Shown: positions 56,286 through 64,000 of the stretch, one piece after another
How the letters are laid out: the number at the start of each line of letters is the position of its first letter
Numbering within the stretch: position 1 is the first letter of the stretch
Assembly: GCA_963778115.1 (NCBI GenBank)
Contig: CAVZSV010000004.1
Location: forward strand, 32,001 to 96,000
DNA length: 64,000 bases
Origin: an uncultured delta proteobacterium
GTDB taxonomy: Bacteria; Bdellovibrionota; FAC87; UBA2466
Reading direction: 5' to 3'
Notes under the pieces: generated by a model
The model's input: only the letters and a program-made list of their open reading frames with translations
The model's database searches: none
Told to the model about the DNA's origin: nothing
Made by a program: the position numbers and the translations under genes

Positions 56286-57083
56286 TTAAAAACTATAAGC
56301 TACGTAAGCGGAGATGAGCGGTAAAAATCCGCTGAATGAGAGATTAACGACATTGGTGCTTGAAGAGACATACTGAAAGCCGGCTTCAACTCCGATATCG
56401 AGACCTAAGTCCCAAAGGGCATGTCCTCGCCAACCCGTGGTTAATTTGCCACCAAAAGCGGTCTGGCTGCTGGATGCCGTGGAGGTATTGGCGTTGATGT
56501 GAAAAAGGCCAGCCCCTCCTTCAAACATGAAACCTCGGAAGGCAGCGTGCGTGTAATAGTACGTTGCTGTTAGGTAAGATCCAAAAGCGGTAACGCCGGA
56601 AGAAGAGTTGCTGTAGCTGGCAAACATGGGCTGAAGGCCAATCGATACGTCGCGGCCCAACGCTAACTGAACGTGGAGATCGGGATAGTAGTAATTGAAA
56701 CCAGCCGTGATTCCCAACGCTAGACTCAGTGTCTGCTTCGGCAAATTGTTGTAGGTATCCGCCAGCTGTTCGGTAGAGGTCGGCTGTCGGCTTTGCTTGG
56801 TAACCGTCACCAGTGCATTTTCCACGGGCAATCGATTTACACTCGCCATCCTAATACTGGCAGCATGTGCCGTGAGGCCTGCCACGACACCGCATCCTAC
56901 CAAGTCTTCCGCTTCATAGATGCAGACTGACTGCTGAATCCCCAAAACTTTGCCGTCCGTCTTTTTAAGATAGAGCAGCCGGGAATTGGTCTCATAATGA
57001 GCGAAAGTAGTCGCCCATAGAGGTACCACATTCGTGAGAGAGAATATGAGGAAAGCTATGCGAACCGTTCTGAAGTGACTCAT
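56286..57083 (-). CDS. Outer-membrane beta-barrel protein with an N-terminal extra domain
   Basis: Signal peptide; alternating amphipathic strands in the C-terminal half; ends SAYVAYSF (BAM-type C-terminal Phe). Confidence 0.7.
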   Translation of the reverse strand: MSHFRTVRIAFLIFSLTNVVPLWATTFAHYETNSRLLYLKKTDGKVLGIQQSVCIYEAEDLVGCGVVAGLTAHAASIRMASVNRLPVENALVTVTKQSRQPTSTEQLADTYNNLPKQTLSLALGITAGFNYYYPDLHVQLALGRDVSIGLQPMFASYSNSSSGVTAFGSYLTATYYYTHAAFRGFMFEGGAGLFHINANTSTASSSQTAFGGKLTTGWRGHALWDLGLDIGVEAGFQYVSSSTNVVNLSFSGFLPLISAYVAYSF

Positions 57084-57146
57084 TGAGCGGACTCCTTCGA
57101 GAACCTTATCGGTAGGAAAGGTAACAAAGGATTAACGATTTCTTTT

Positions 57147-57365
57147 TTACTGATTCTCCGGAAAGTAGCTCGCCGCCACCCCCTGACACACTGTTTCCAC
57201 GTTAGGAAGCTCGGAATTGTACTCGGTGCACATTTTAAGGAAACTAGCCTCGTCCGAGTAATCACTTGGTTCCGAGGACAGATTGATGTGGCTTCCTGCG
57301 CGGGCGGAGACGGAAGCTATCACGAAGGCGAATGCAATAAGGGCTATCTTGATGTTGAGTCGCAT
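57147..57365 (-). CDS. Small secreted protein with two Cys
   Basis: Signal peptide MRLNIKIALIAFAFVIASVSARA; GGAG RBS; sigma-54 promoter upstream. Confidence 0.7.
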   Translation of the reverse strand: MRLNIKIALIAFAFVIASVSARAGSHINLSSEPSDYSDEASFLKMCTEYNSELPNVETVCQGVAASYFPENQ

Positions 57366-57399
57366 GTTGTTTCTCCAAGCTGAACGTATGCCTTAGCAG

Positions 57400-57416
57400 A
57401 GCAAGTGCGATGCCAA
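57400..57416 (-). promoter_or_regulatory. Sigma-54 promoter
   Basis: Minus strand TTGGCAT-CGCAC-TTGCT, 35 nt upstream of the ATG at 57365. Confidence 0.75.
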
Positions 57417-57804
57417 GGAACCGAATGTGCCAAGTCCTCAATCAACTCCACGTAACTCAAACCAAATTTCTCTCGTTCAATTATGAAGACGAGTTTGAAG
57501 GACTCTTTAGGTATGCGCAGTTTTAAGACAAGTCTTGCGCTTTCTCCATCTATTCTCCCTATTTAGAACCTAGTAGCCTCTGTCAAAAAGGAGTGCACAA
57601 GATTTTGCATCGTAAGTATTCGAAAGTCCTCAAAAGCAGAACAAAAAGCCTCACCGACGGCAAATCCAACTCAGTCGTCTAAGAACCTAGCAAGCGATTA
57701 TTAAATCTACTGTATACACGCTGTGTCGGGTTCACACAGAAAACCTCTACTTATATAATGAAACTGCCGATCCGATATTAGCGATTCCAAATAAGGGGTG
57801 ATTC

Positions 57805-60800
57805 ATGGCCGTGGTAACCAATAAGCGGTTCGCGACAGCTGTAGTCTTAATGGGGCTTTTGTGGCTTCCGGACTGCGGTTGGTTGGGCAATGCCCAGATA
57901 ACTAGCTCCGGATCCTCGACCCTAAGCGGTACCCAAAGCCCCATCAGTCCGTTACCCACCACGTCGGGCCCGCAATTGTCGCTCAATATCTCCTCGCCGG
58001 CTGTCGTTAACCAATGTTGGGCGGGAGTCGTGACCTACCTCAATAACGGCCAAGTAGCGGCCATTCCGCTAGCCACCATTATTTCGCTAACGGCAAACAG
58101 CACGATTTCGTTTTTTAGTTCCCCGGCGTGTACTGCCTCTAGTTCAATCACTCAGGTCAGTCTATCCCTCGGAGCAAGTGCCTCCGCTTTCTGGATGAAC
58201 TTCTCCAACACCGGGAACTATTCGATTAGTGCGAGTGTTCTTTCCGGAAGTCCCGCCGGCTCGGCAAGTCTTCCCGTGAATGTCTTATTAACATCTCCAG
58301 CAACCGTACCGGCTTCGCTCACCATTGCAGGTCCTTCCCAACTTAATGCCGGTGCCTGTTCGGCCTACACGGCGACGCTTCTAAATTCGAGCAGCATTCC
58401 GGTTAGCTTTACAAGTACCACGGCACTCACCCTTGCCGGTGGCGGAGCCGGCGCTCAGTTTTTTACGGATTCGGGCTGTTCGAACTCCACCAATTCCATC
58501 GCAGTTCCCGCAGGGACCCCAGTCACCACTTTCTTCTATAAACAAACGTCGGTGGGGAGTGGAACGATTACAGGGACCGAGGGCGGGCTTACGGGAAATC
58601 TTCCCGTCATTGCCGTGGCCGGGCCGCCCAATCATTTGGCAATCGCAGGCGCCACGACGATCAATAACAACTCCTGTGTCCAATACACCGTCAGCATCCT
58701 AGATACGTACCAAAACGCGACTTCATTTACGACGGGACAATCGGCACAACTCCAGACGACGGGACCGGGAAATTTTTACTCCAATAGCGGTTGTACGAGC
58801 CAAACGACAACCCTTTCACTCGCTGCCAACACTTCGTCGGGATCGGTCTACTATCAAAGTGGATTTGGTGGAAATCCCCAATTCACAGCAGCCCTTTCCC
58901 CGCTTACCAATGGATCCCTGAGTGTGACGGTTATCGATTTGGGCCCCGGAGTGGCCGCAAAACTAGCCTTCACGGCTCCCGGAAATACGACTTCAGCGGG
59001 TACTTGTTATGGTCCCTACTCCGTCACGGTAGAAGATACCTCGGGGCGCAGCGTCTCCAATCAATCGAGCTATACGGTAGCTCTCTCTCAAAATGGAAGT
59101 GGGCATTTCTATTCAGATTCGGGTTGCAGTAACGGGATCACCTCGACGGCCGCAACCCAAGTTTTCTTTTTCAAAGACACTTACGCCGAGAATCTCACTT
59201 TAACGGCCTCGACGACTTCGCTAGCACAAGCCACAGAGGGACTCACCGTTAACGCGGGAGCGACCAGCCTTCTTGAGCTTTTTACCGATTCCAGTAGTTT
59301 TGCCGCGGGCTACTGCGAGCCTATGGAAGTAGCGTTCACCGATAACTATGGGAATGGAACCCCGCTGGTGAACGGGGCCAATGTCACTTTCACTCAAACC
59401 GGCCTCCCCATGGGAAGCCTGTTTCTAGACTCAGGATGCAGCAGTCCTTTAAATATGTCAGGGACGTCTCCCACTTTAGCCATCGCTAAAGGCAATTACG
59501 AACAAACTTTCTATTATAAAGCGACGATATCGGGGGCAGCAACACTCACCGCAGCCAGTCCCGGAGTCAATTCAGCCCTGTCGCAATTTACGGTGACGGC
59601 GGGAGCTCCTTCGACGGTAAAACTCATCACTTCACCCAATCCCGTCGTGGTGGGTGCCTGCAACGGCCCTTTCGTATTCGGTCTGTTCGATCAATACGGA
59701 AATGCGACGGTAGCTAGTGTATCGACGGTATTTACCATTACCGTCAATCAGGGATCTTTCTATACGTCGACCTCTTGCTCGGGAAGCTCCACGACTTCGC
59801 TCACTTTTGCCAGCGGCACGGGGCAAACCAATCTCTACTTTAATCCGGCATCGATGACGATCGTGACCGGAACTCTAGCCTCCAGCGGATTTACTACTTA
59901 CAATTTCACCTTTGCCATCAGCCCCGGAGGCCCCGCGGATCTGGTCCTCAGCGGAGTATCGCCCCTTTCGATCGCAGGCCCAGGACAAGGTGTGGCCGGA
60001 AAGTGCCTTCCTCTTAGCGTTAGCTTAACCGATGCTTTCGGGGATAGCGTCACCAACAGCACTAGCCTATCGGTAAGTTTCTCAGCGAGCGGTCCAGGAA
60101 CTTCCGTTTTCTATCAGGACTCCTCTTGTAAGACGTCCGTGACTTCACTAACACTGCCCGCTCAGACCAACTCTATCGGCGTCTATTACGAAGGAACGGG
60201 AGCGGGAAATCTTACTCTGACGGCTAGCGCCACCGGCTTGAACAATGCGACTTATCAATTAGCGCTAAGTGCTGGACCCGCGGCGGAACTTGCGATCTCA
60301 GGCCCCTCAAACGGAATCGCTGGCGTCTGTGCGGGGCCGTTCCAAGTGACGGTAGCGGACAGTTTTGGAAATCCTACGGCCGGCCCGGGGCTCTCGATCA
60401 GCCTTTCCGGAGCGAGCCAAGGCCTGTTCTATCAGGACAACTTTTGCAGTACCCAGATCACATCCGTAGCCATGACAGCCCCCTACGTATCGGCCCAGTT
60501 TTACTTAGGAGATTTTATAGCGGAAAACCTAACGTTAGCGGCTTCAGCCAACAACGTTGCCGGAGCCACCTATCCTTTTCCGGTGGGCCCCAATTCACCG
60601 CAGATGCTTCTCTTTAAAGGACCGACTTCGGTCAGCGCTAACCAGTGCGGAGGACCTCTCACCTTTGAAGTCACTGACCATTTCGGAAACGTGACTATCG
60701 ATCCGGTGAACGATCGGGTTTTCACATTGGGTGAATCCGGAGGCATCAATGTGATGGGCCCCAACTGTCAAGGAGCCGTCCTCACCGTACCCGTGCTACA

Positions 60801-61212
60801 CGCGACAAAGGACTCCCTACCGTTCTCATTTGGATCGCCTTACCTTCAATCTTCTCAGCTTAGTTTCATTCAGACCTATCCCTACAACCCAAGCATCGGG
60901 GGTTCGATTACGCTTTCCGTGGTTCAACCCTTGATCCCTCAAATCACGGCCTTTGCGCTAAACGCAATCCCCGAAACCTCGATTGCGGTTAGTCCATCAC
61001 AATCGGTTAACGTCTCTTGGACCGCGGTGAATGTGAGTAGTTGTGTCGTAGATCCCGGATCCGTTTCTATAACGGTGACCGGTTCCGAAGGGGCTTGCGG
61101 ATTAAAGAATTTCACTGCCTCAAAGACTTACAACATGGCATTAAATTGTACGGGCCTTAATGGCGCTCCCGGCGTCAGTCAGCTCTTCACGGTGTCGGTA
61201 CTCTCGCACTAA
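57805..61212 (+). CDS. Ser/Thr/Gly-rich beta-strand repeat surface protein (adhesin-like)
   Basis: About nine ~100-aa repeats, each with AGxC...D.YGN...F(Y/F)xDSGC; N-terminal signal, possibly lipoprotein. Confidence 0.85.
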   Translation: MAVVTNKRFATAVVLMGLLWLPDCGWLGNAQITSSGSSTLSGTQSPISPLPTTSGPQLSLNISSPAVVNQCWAGVVTYLNNGQVAAIPLATIISLTANSTISFFSSPACTASSSITQVSLSLGASASAFWMNFSNTGNYSISASVLSGSPAGSASLPVNVLLTSPATVPASLTIAGPSQLNAGACSAYTATLLNSSSIPVSFTSTTALTLAGGGAGAQFFTDSGCSNSTNSIAVPAGTPVTTFFYKQTSVGSGTITGTEGGLTGNLPVIAVAGPPNHLAIAGATTINNNSCVQYTVSILDTYQNATSFTTGQSAQLQTTGPGNFYSNSGCTSQTTTLSLAANTSSGSVYYQSGFGGNPQFTAALSPLTNGSLSVTVIDLGPGVAAKLAFTAPGNTTSAGTCYGPYSVTVEDTSGRSVSNQSSYTVALSQNGSGHFYSDSGCSNGITSTAATQVFFFKDTYAENLTLTASTTSLAQATEGLTVNAGATSLLELFTDSSSFAAGYCEPMEVAFTDNYGNGTPLVNGANVTFTQTGLPMGSLFLDSGCSSPLNMSGTSPTLAIAKGNYEQTFYYKATISGAATLTAASPGVNSALSQFTVTAGAPSTVKLITSPNPVVVGACNGPFVFGLFDQYGNATVASVSTVFTITVNQGSFYTSTSCSGSSTTSLTFASGTGQTNLYFNPASMTIVTGTLASSGFTTYNFTFAISPGGPADLVLSGVSPLSIAGPGQGVAGKCLPLSVSLTDAFGDSVTNSTSLSVSFSASGPGTSVFYQDSSCKTSVTSLTLPAQTNSIGVYYEGTGAGNLTLTASATGLNNATYQLALSAGPAAELAISGPSNGIAGVCAGPFQVTVADSFGNPTAGPGLSISLSGASQGLFYQDNFCSTQITSVAMTAPYVSAQFYLGDFIAENLTLAASANNVAGATYPFPVGPNSPQMLLFKGPTSVSANQCGGPLTFEVTDHFGNVTIDPVNDRVFTLGESGGINVMGPNCQGAVLTVPVLHATKDSLPFSFGSPYLQSSQLSFIQTYPYNPSIGGSITLSVVQPLIPQITAFALNAIPETSIAVSPSQSVNVSWTAVNVSSCVVDPGSVSITVTGSEGACGLKNFTASKTYNMALNCTGLNGAPGVSQLFTVSVLSH

Positions 61213-61231
61213 TTTCGTAAGCGCAAACCAC

Positions 61232-61567
61232 TTATTTGCGGCAATAGGGACCGTCGAAACGGTATCCAATCACGACACCTTCGGGATTGAGAAGAAAGTT
61301 CGTTTTACAATCATAGTACGGAACCGGTTTTCCGGATGCCGTATCCCGCATCAATTTCACATCCGACGAACGTTTAATGTAGGTGAGGTTTTTCCCACCG
61401 TCCGAAAGCGCTACCGTTTGACTGGGCCGCCCCCACGCATTGACCAGTTCCGCTTCAGAATGGCCATGCCATTGCTCCAGAGTGCTTTCGTAAGCTCTAG
61501 TCGTCGTACACGACGCAGAGAGAAGACTCGCCAACGTCCAAAACCCAATCCATACTTTTGTTCTCAT
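61232..61567 (-). CDS. Small lipoprotein
   Basis: Start MRTKVWIG with AAGGA-like context; lipobox LSASC; W.GHSEAELVNAWGRP...C...F...G..C. Confidence 0.75.
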   Translation of the reverse strand: MRTKVWIGFWTLASLLSASCTTTRAYESTLEQWHGHSEAELVNAWGRPSQTVALSDGGKNLTYIKRSSDVKLMRDTASGKPVPYYDCKTNFLLNPEGVVIGYRFDGPYCRK

Positions 61568-61598
61568 GCCTAAAGGATACTGGATTTTCCTCCCAATG

Positions 61599-61672
61599 CC
61601 TATCCCCACAAGAAGGTACGGCCTACCTTTCTGTGGGACTACATAAAGGTAGGCCGTACCTTCTTGTATAGG
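61599..61672. repeat. Inverted doublet of the REP-like palindrome (copies 2 and 3)
   Basis: CCCACAAGAAGGTACGGCCTACCTTTCTGTGGG followed by TACATAAAGGTAGGCCGTACCTTCTTGTA, flanked by CCTAT/ATAGG. Confidence 0.8.
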
Positions 61673-61901
61673 AACGGGACAGGCCGCTAACAATTTGACG
61701 AATTTCAAATTCCTAAATGTTTACGCAGTTAACGCGGGTGACAATGCGCGCCACTCAGGGGATTGGCTTTATTTCAAGTCGATGACGACTGGTGCGCGAA
61801 AACTGCCAGTCTCCAGAAATTTAATTTTGTATTCCCTCCAAACACGCTGATTCCAAAAGCGTTATCGTCGATAAAATTGCTCACGAACTACCGCTTTTTC
61901 C

Positions 61902-61917
61902 TGGCATCGTTAATGCA
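61902..61917 (+). promoter_or_regulatory. Sigma-54-like promoter
   Basis: TGGCAT-CGTTA-ATGCA (GG-N10-GC), ~70 nt upstream of the ATG at 61988. Confidence 0.55.
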
Positions 61918-61987
61918 CTTTTCAACCTCAGGGGAATAGCTGAGGCGAATGTCGCACGTGTTTTTTTTGCGTAGTGGGAGTTGAACT

Positions 61988-63328
61988 ATGAAACGTTATC
62001 AAGCTCTATTGGCGATAGCATTATCACTTATCGTTATCCTTCCTTCAATTGCCTCTGCCACACTTAGCAAGCACGCAGACAAGCCTGATTTAGGCCCTAT
62101 CCGCTTGGAAGAGGATAAGGAACTTAAGACTCTGGTCTCGAGTTTCGGAGGAAGATACTTTTACCCACCCGGCCACGAAGCCGAATTTAAAAAAGATTAC
62201 GAAGAGACCAAATTTGACGGAAAAACGCTGGTCGACGCGATTAACGAAGTAAAGCCACGCCGTAACGATAATGACGAAATCGCAAGTACTACTGCCGCCG
62301 AGGAATTGCCCTTAGCGCGTGCTATCGCTGATATGATGCCCACCCTCACCACCAAGGGGTGGTCGCAAGGTTGGGATGAGGTCAATAGCATCGTAAAGAA
62401 AATGAATAAGAACGGAAGTACCGATACCCAAGCAGAAACCTTCTTTCGCAGATTGATGGTCGCATTCAATAACTGGGGCACCGATAAAAATACGAACGAA
62501 AAGATAGAGAACGAACCCAAGGACAAATCTTTAATTCCTTTCTACAAGGCCTGGATCGTAGCCCGAGACGAAGCCGAAAAGAAGATTGCCGAGTTCCAGA
62601 AGAAAATTGATCTTGCGGCCAATGGAAGCGAAGCAGCCAAGAAAGAGCTCTGGGGAGACAAAAACGATAAGGACCCTAACTCTTCTAAAAACCAATTTGC
62701 CGTCGGTAAGAACGTAAACGCCTACATCAATCAGCTCATCGATCAAGGCGAAGGCGACAGGGCTTTCAAGATGATGAAGGCACTCTCCAAGTGGGAAAAT
62801 AACCACTATAACTATTCGGTTAATGACTCCGACGGAAAGCCGCGCAACTTTACTTTTGAAAAGGACAATCAAGCCGCCGCCCTCAAAGGGTTTAAAGACG
62901 ATAAGATGGTAGCTTCCACTTTCGTGGGCCATCCTCACGATCCCAAAAGTGGAGTGAAGGACTGGGCCTGGGACAAAACCAAACAAGCTTTGGCTCTGGT
63001 TGAACCTGCCCCTGCGGCCCCCTCCACGGGCGGCGCTCAAGGAGCCGCTGCCGGAACGGCACTGGCTAAGAGTGCGGATGCGGGTGGTGGTAGTGGTGGC
63101 GATGTTGCTAGTGCGGGATCAGTAAGTGGCGCACAAGCCTTCAAAGATAAATGTCTGTTCTGTCACAATGCGGGAAGCAATATATCACCGGCTAGAAAGG
63201 GAACTCCAGTAGGTCAGAAGGCGATTGATGCCATAGAGCAGGGTCGAATGCCCCAGAACGGCTCACTTACCGCCGATGAACGAGCTGCTATTATCTCGTA
63301 CTTAGGTGGCCAGGTTGCCAGCCGCTAA
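61988..63328 (+). CDS. Secreted protein with a C-terminal mono-heme cytochrome c domain
   Basis: Signal peptide; Gly/Ala linker; CLFCH heme motif, GRMP axial Met, LTADERAAIISYL terminal helix. Confidence 0.85.
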   Translation: MKRYQALLAIALSLIVILPSIASATLSKHADKPDLGPIRLEEDKELKTLVSSFGGRYFYPPGHEAEFKKDYEETKFDGKTLVDAINEVKPRRNDNDEIASTTAAEELPLARAIADMMPTLTTKGWSQGWDEVNSIVKKMNKNGSTDTQAETFFRRLMVAFNNWGTDKNTNEKIENEPKDKSLIPFYKAWIVARDEAEKKIAEFQKKIDLAANGSEAAKKELWGDKNDKDPNSSKNQFAVGKNVNAYINQLIDQGEGDRAFKMMKALSKWENNHYNYSVNDSDGKPRNFTFEKDNQAAALKGFKDDKMVASTFVGHPHDPKSGVKDWAWDKTKQALALVEPAPAAPSTGGAQGAAAGTALAKSADAGGGSGGDVASAGSVSGAQAFKDKCLFCHNAGSNISPARKGTPVGQKAIDAIEQGRMPQNGSLTADERAAIISYLGGQVASR

Positions 63329-63537
63329 GAGCCGGCAACTCTTTAGCCAAAATACAGGAACGACTTTCCTCTCAACGAGTTGCAAGCTTTCTTAGCCGTA
63401 TTCTCCAGAATGCGCCTAGAATACGGACTCACGTCTAATTTCCTTGCAGTCGTCGGTATTCTTACGGTCGTCGTGCTAACTCCCTCTTTACCTAAGGCAA
63501 ATTCCGGTGACACTTTGCGCCAATTCGTTAATTCACG

Positions 63538-63553
63538 CGGCATTCGGGTTGCA
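63538..63553 (+). promoter_or_regulatory. Sigma-54-like promoter
   Basis: CGGCAT-TCGGG-TTGCA (GG-N10-GC), ~110 nt upstream of the ATG at 63663. Confidence 0.55.
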
Positions 63554-63662
63554 ATAAGTTCCTACGAAGCTGAAAATAGACTGATAGCTCCACAAGTCGG
63601 TTTCAGTCGTAATTCGTTTACTACTAGAGCATCGTGACTATCGAGATCCGGGGGGATTGAAG

Positions 63663-64000
63663 ATGAAGCGTCGGGGAACCATTTTCGTATCGTTGTTTAT
63701 TTTAATCTTTGCGTTTGCGGCACTGGGGGCGGATGAGCCCAAAGGTGACACGGCCGATAAAGGCAAAGCCGACAAATCCCATGACGCCGAAAAGGGAGCC
63801 GGCGACAAAGACAAGCGACCCGCCGCGGATTCCACCTCACCGGTGGCCGATCAAGACGCCAAAATTAAAAATGCCCGAGAGGACTTCTTAAAGAAGTGGT
63901 TCCCGCTCACTCCCGAACAACCCAAAATTTTTGCCGATCTGATTGCCAAAAGTCCGACGGACGCAGGCTCGGCGATGGGACAATTGTTAGGTTCGATTGA
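63663..64000 (+). CDS. Secreted hypothetical protein, N-terminal part; runs off the window edge
   Basis: Not in the ORF track; hand translation MKRRGTIFVSLFILIFAFAALGA-DEPKGDTADKGKADK... open to the end of the window; G-rich RBS. Confidence 0.75.
   Translation, partial: MKRRGTIFVSLFILIFAFAALGADEPKGDTADKGKADKSHDAEKGAGDKDKRPAADSTSPVADQDAKIKNAREDFLKKWFPLTPEQPKIFADLIAKSPTDAGSAMGQLLGSI

Noticed and set aside
61599..61672. Palindromic 29-bp repeats as a CRISPR array
   Set aside because: Copies are inverted and nearly adjacent with no spacers; no cas genes in the window
61568..61708. N-terminal 47 aa of the 158-aa ORF-track call
   Set aside because: Reads through the REP-like doublet; the true start is probably MRTKVW at 61567, which gives a normal lipoprotein signal

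Overview
Chromosomal segment of a Gram-negative bacterium. A deltaproteobacteria-like, probably Bdellovibrionota, origin is inferred from gene content and order (VegA-like protein, M17-N-like gene after nusB, many orphan secreted proteins); it was not checked against any database. Housekeeping blocks: an S9 peptidase/rimI/ridA/glpX run; the rimP-nusA-infB-rbfA-truB-rpsO-pnp-M16-dut operon; PBP1A; acpP-fabF-rpiB-glyA-nusB-hflX-PSRP; and a FAD oxidoreductase/metF (frameshifted)/gcvT one-carbon block. There are two accessory zones. The first (19.6-42.7 kb) holds four orphan secreted proteins (4349, ~320, ~748 and 1401 aa; the three large ones carry internal hydrophobic helices), a degenerate UshA-like CxC lipoprotein and, after it, an ORF-less interval with a perfect sigma-54 promoter in front of a ~230-nt structured, terminator-ended candidate sRNA. 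The second (56-64 kb) holds a beta-barrel protein, a Cys-paired Ser/Thr-rich repeat adhesin and a secreted protein with a tethered mono-heme cytochrome c, several with sigma-54- or sigma-28-like promoters. Also notable: PNPase carries a ~310-aa Arg/Asp/Gly/Glu disordered tail, and a 29-bp palindromic REP-like repeat occurs three times. No rRNA, tRNA, CRISPR array, transposase or integrase was recognised.
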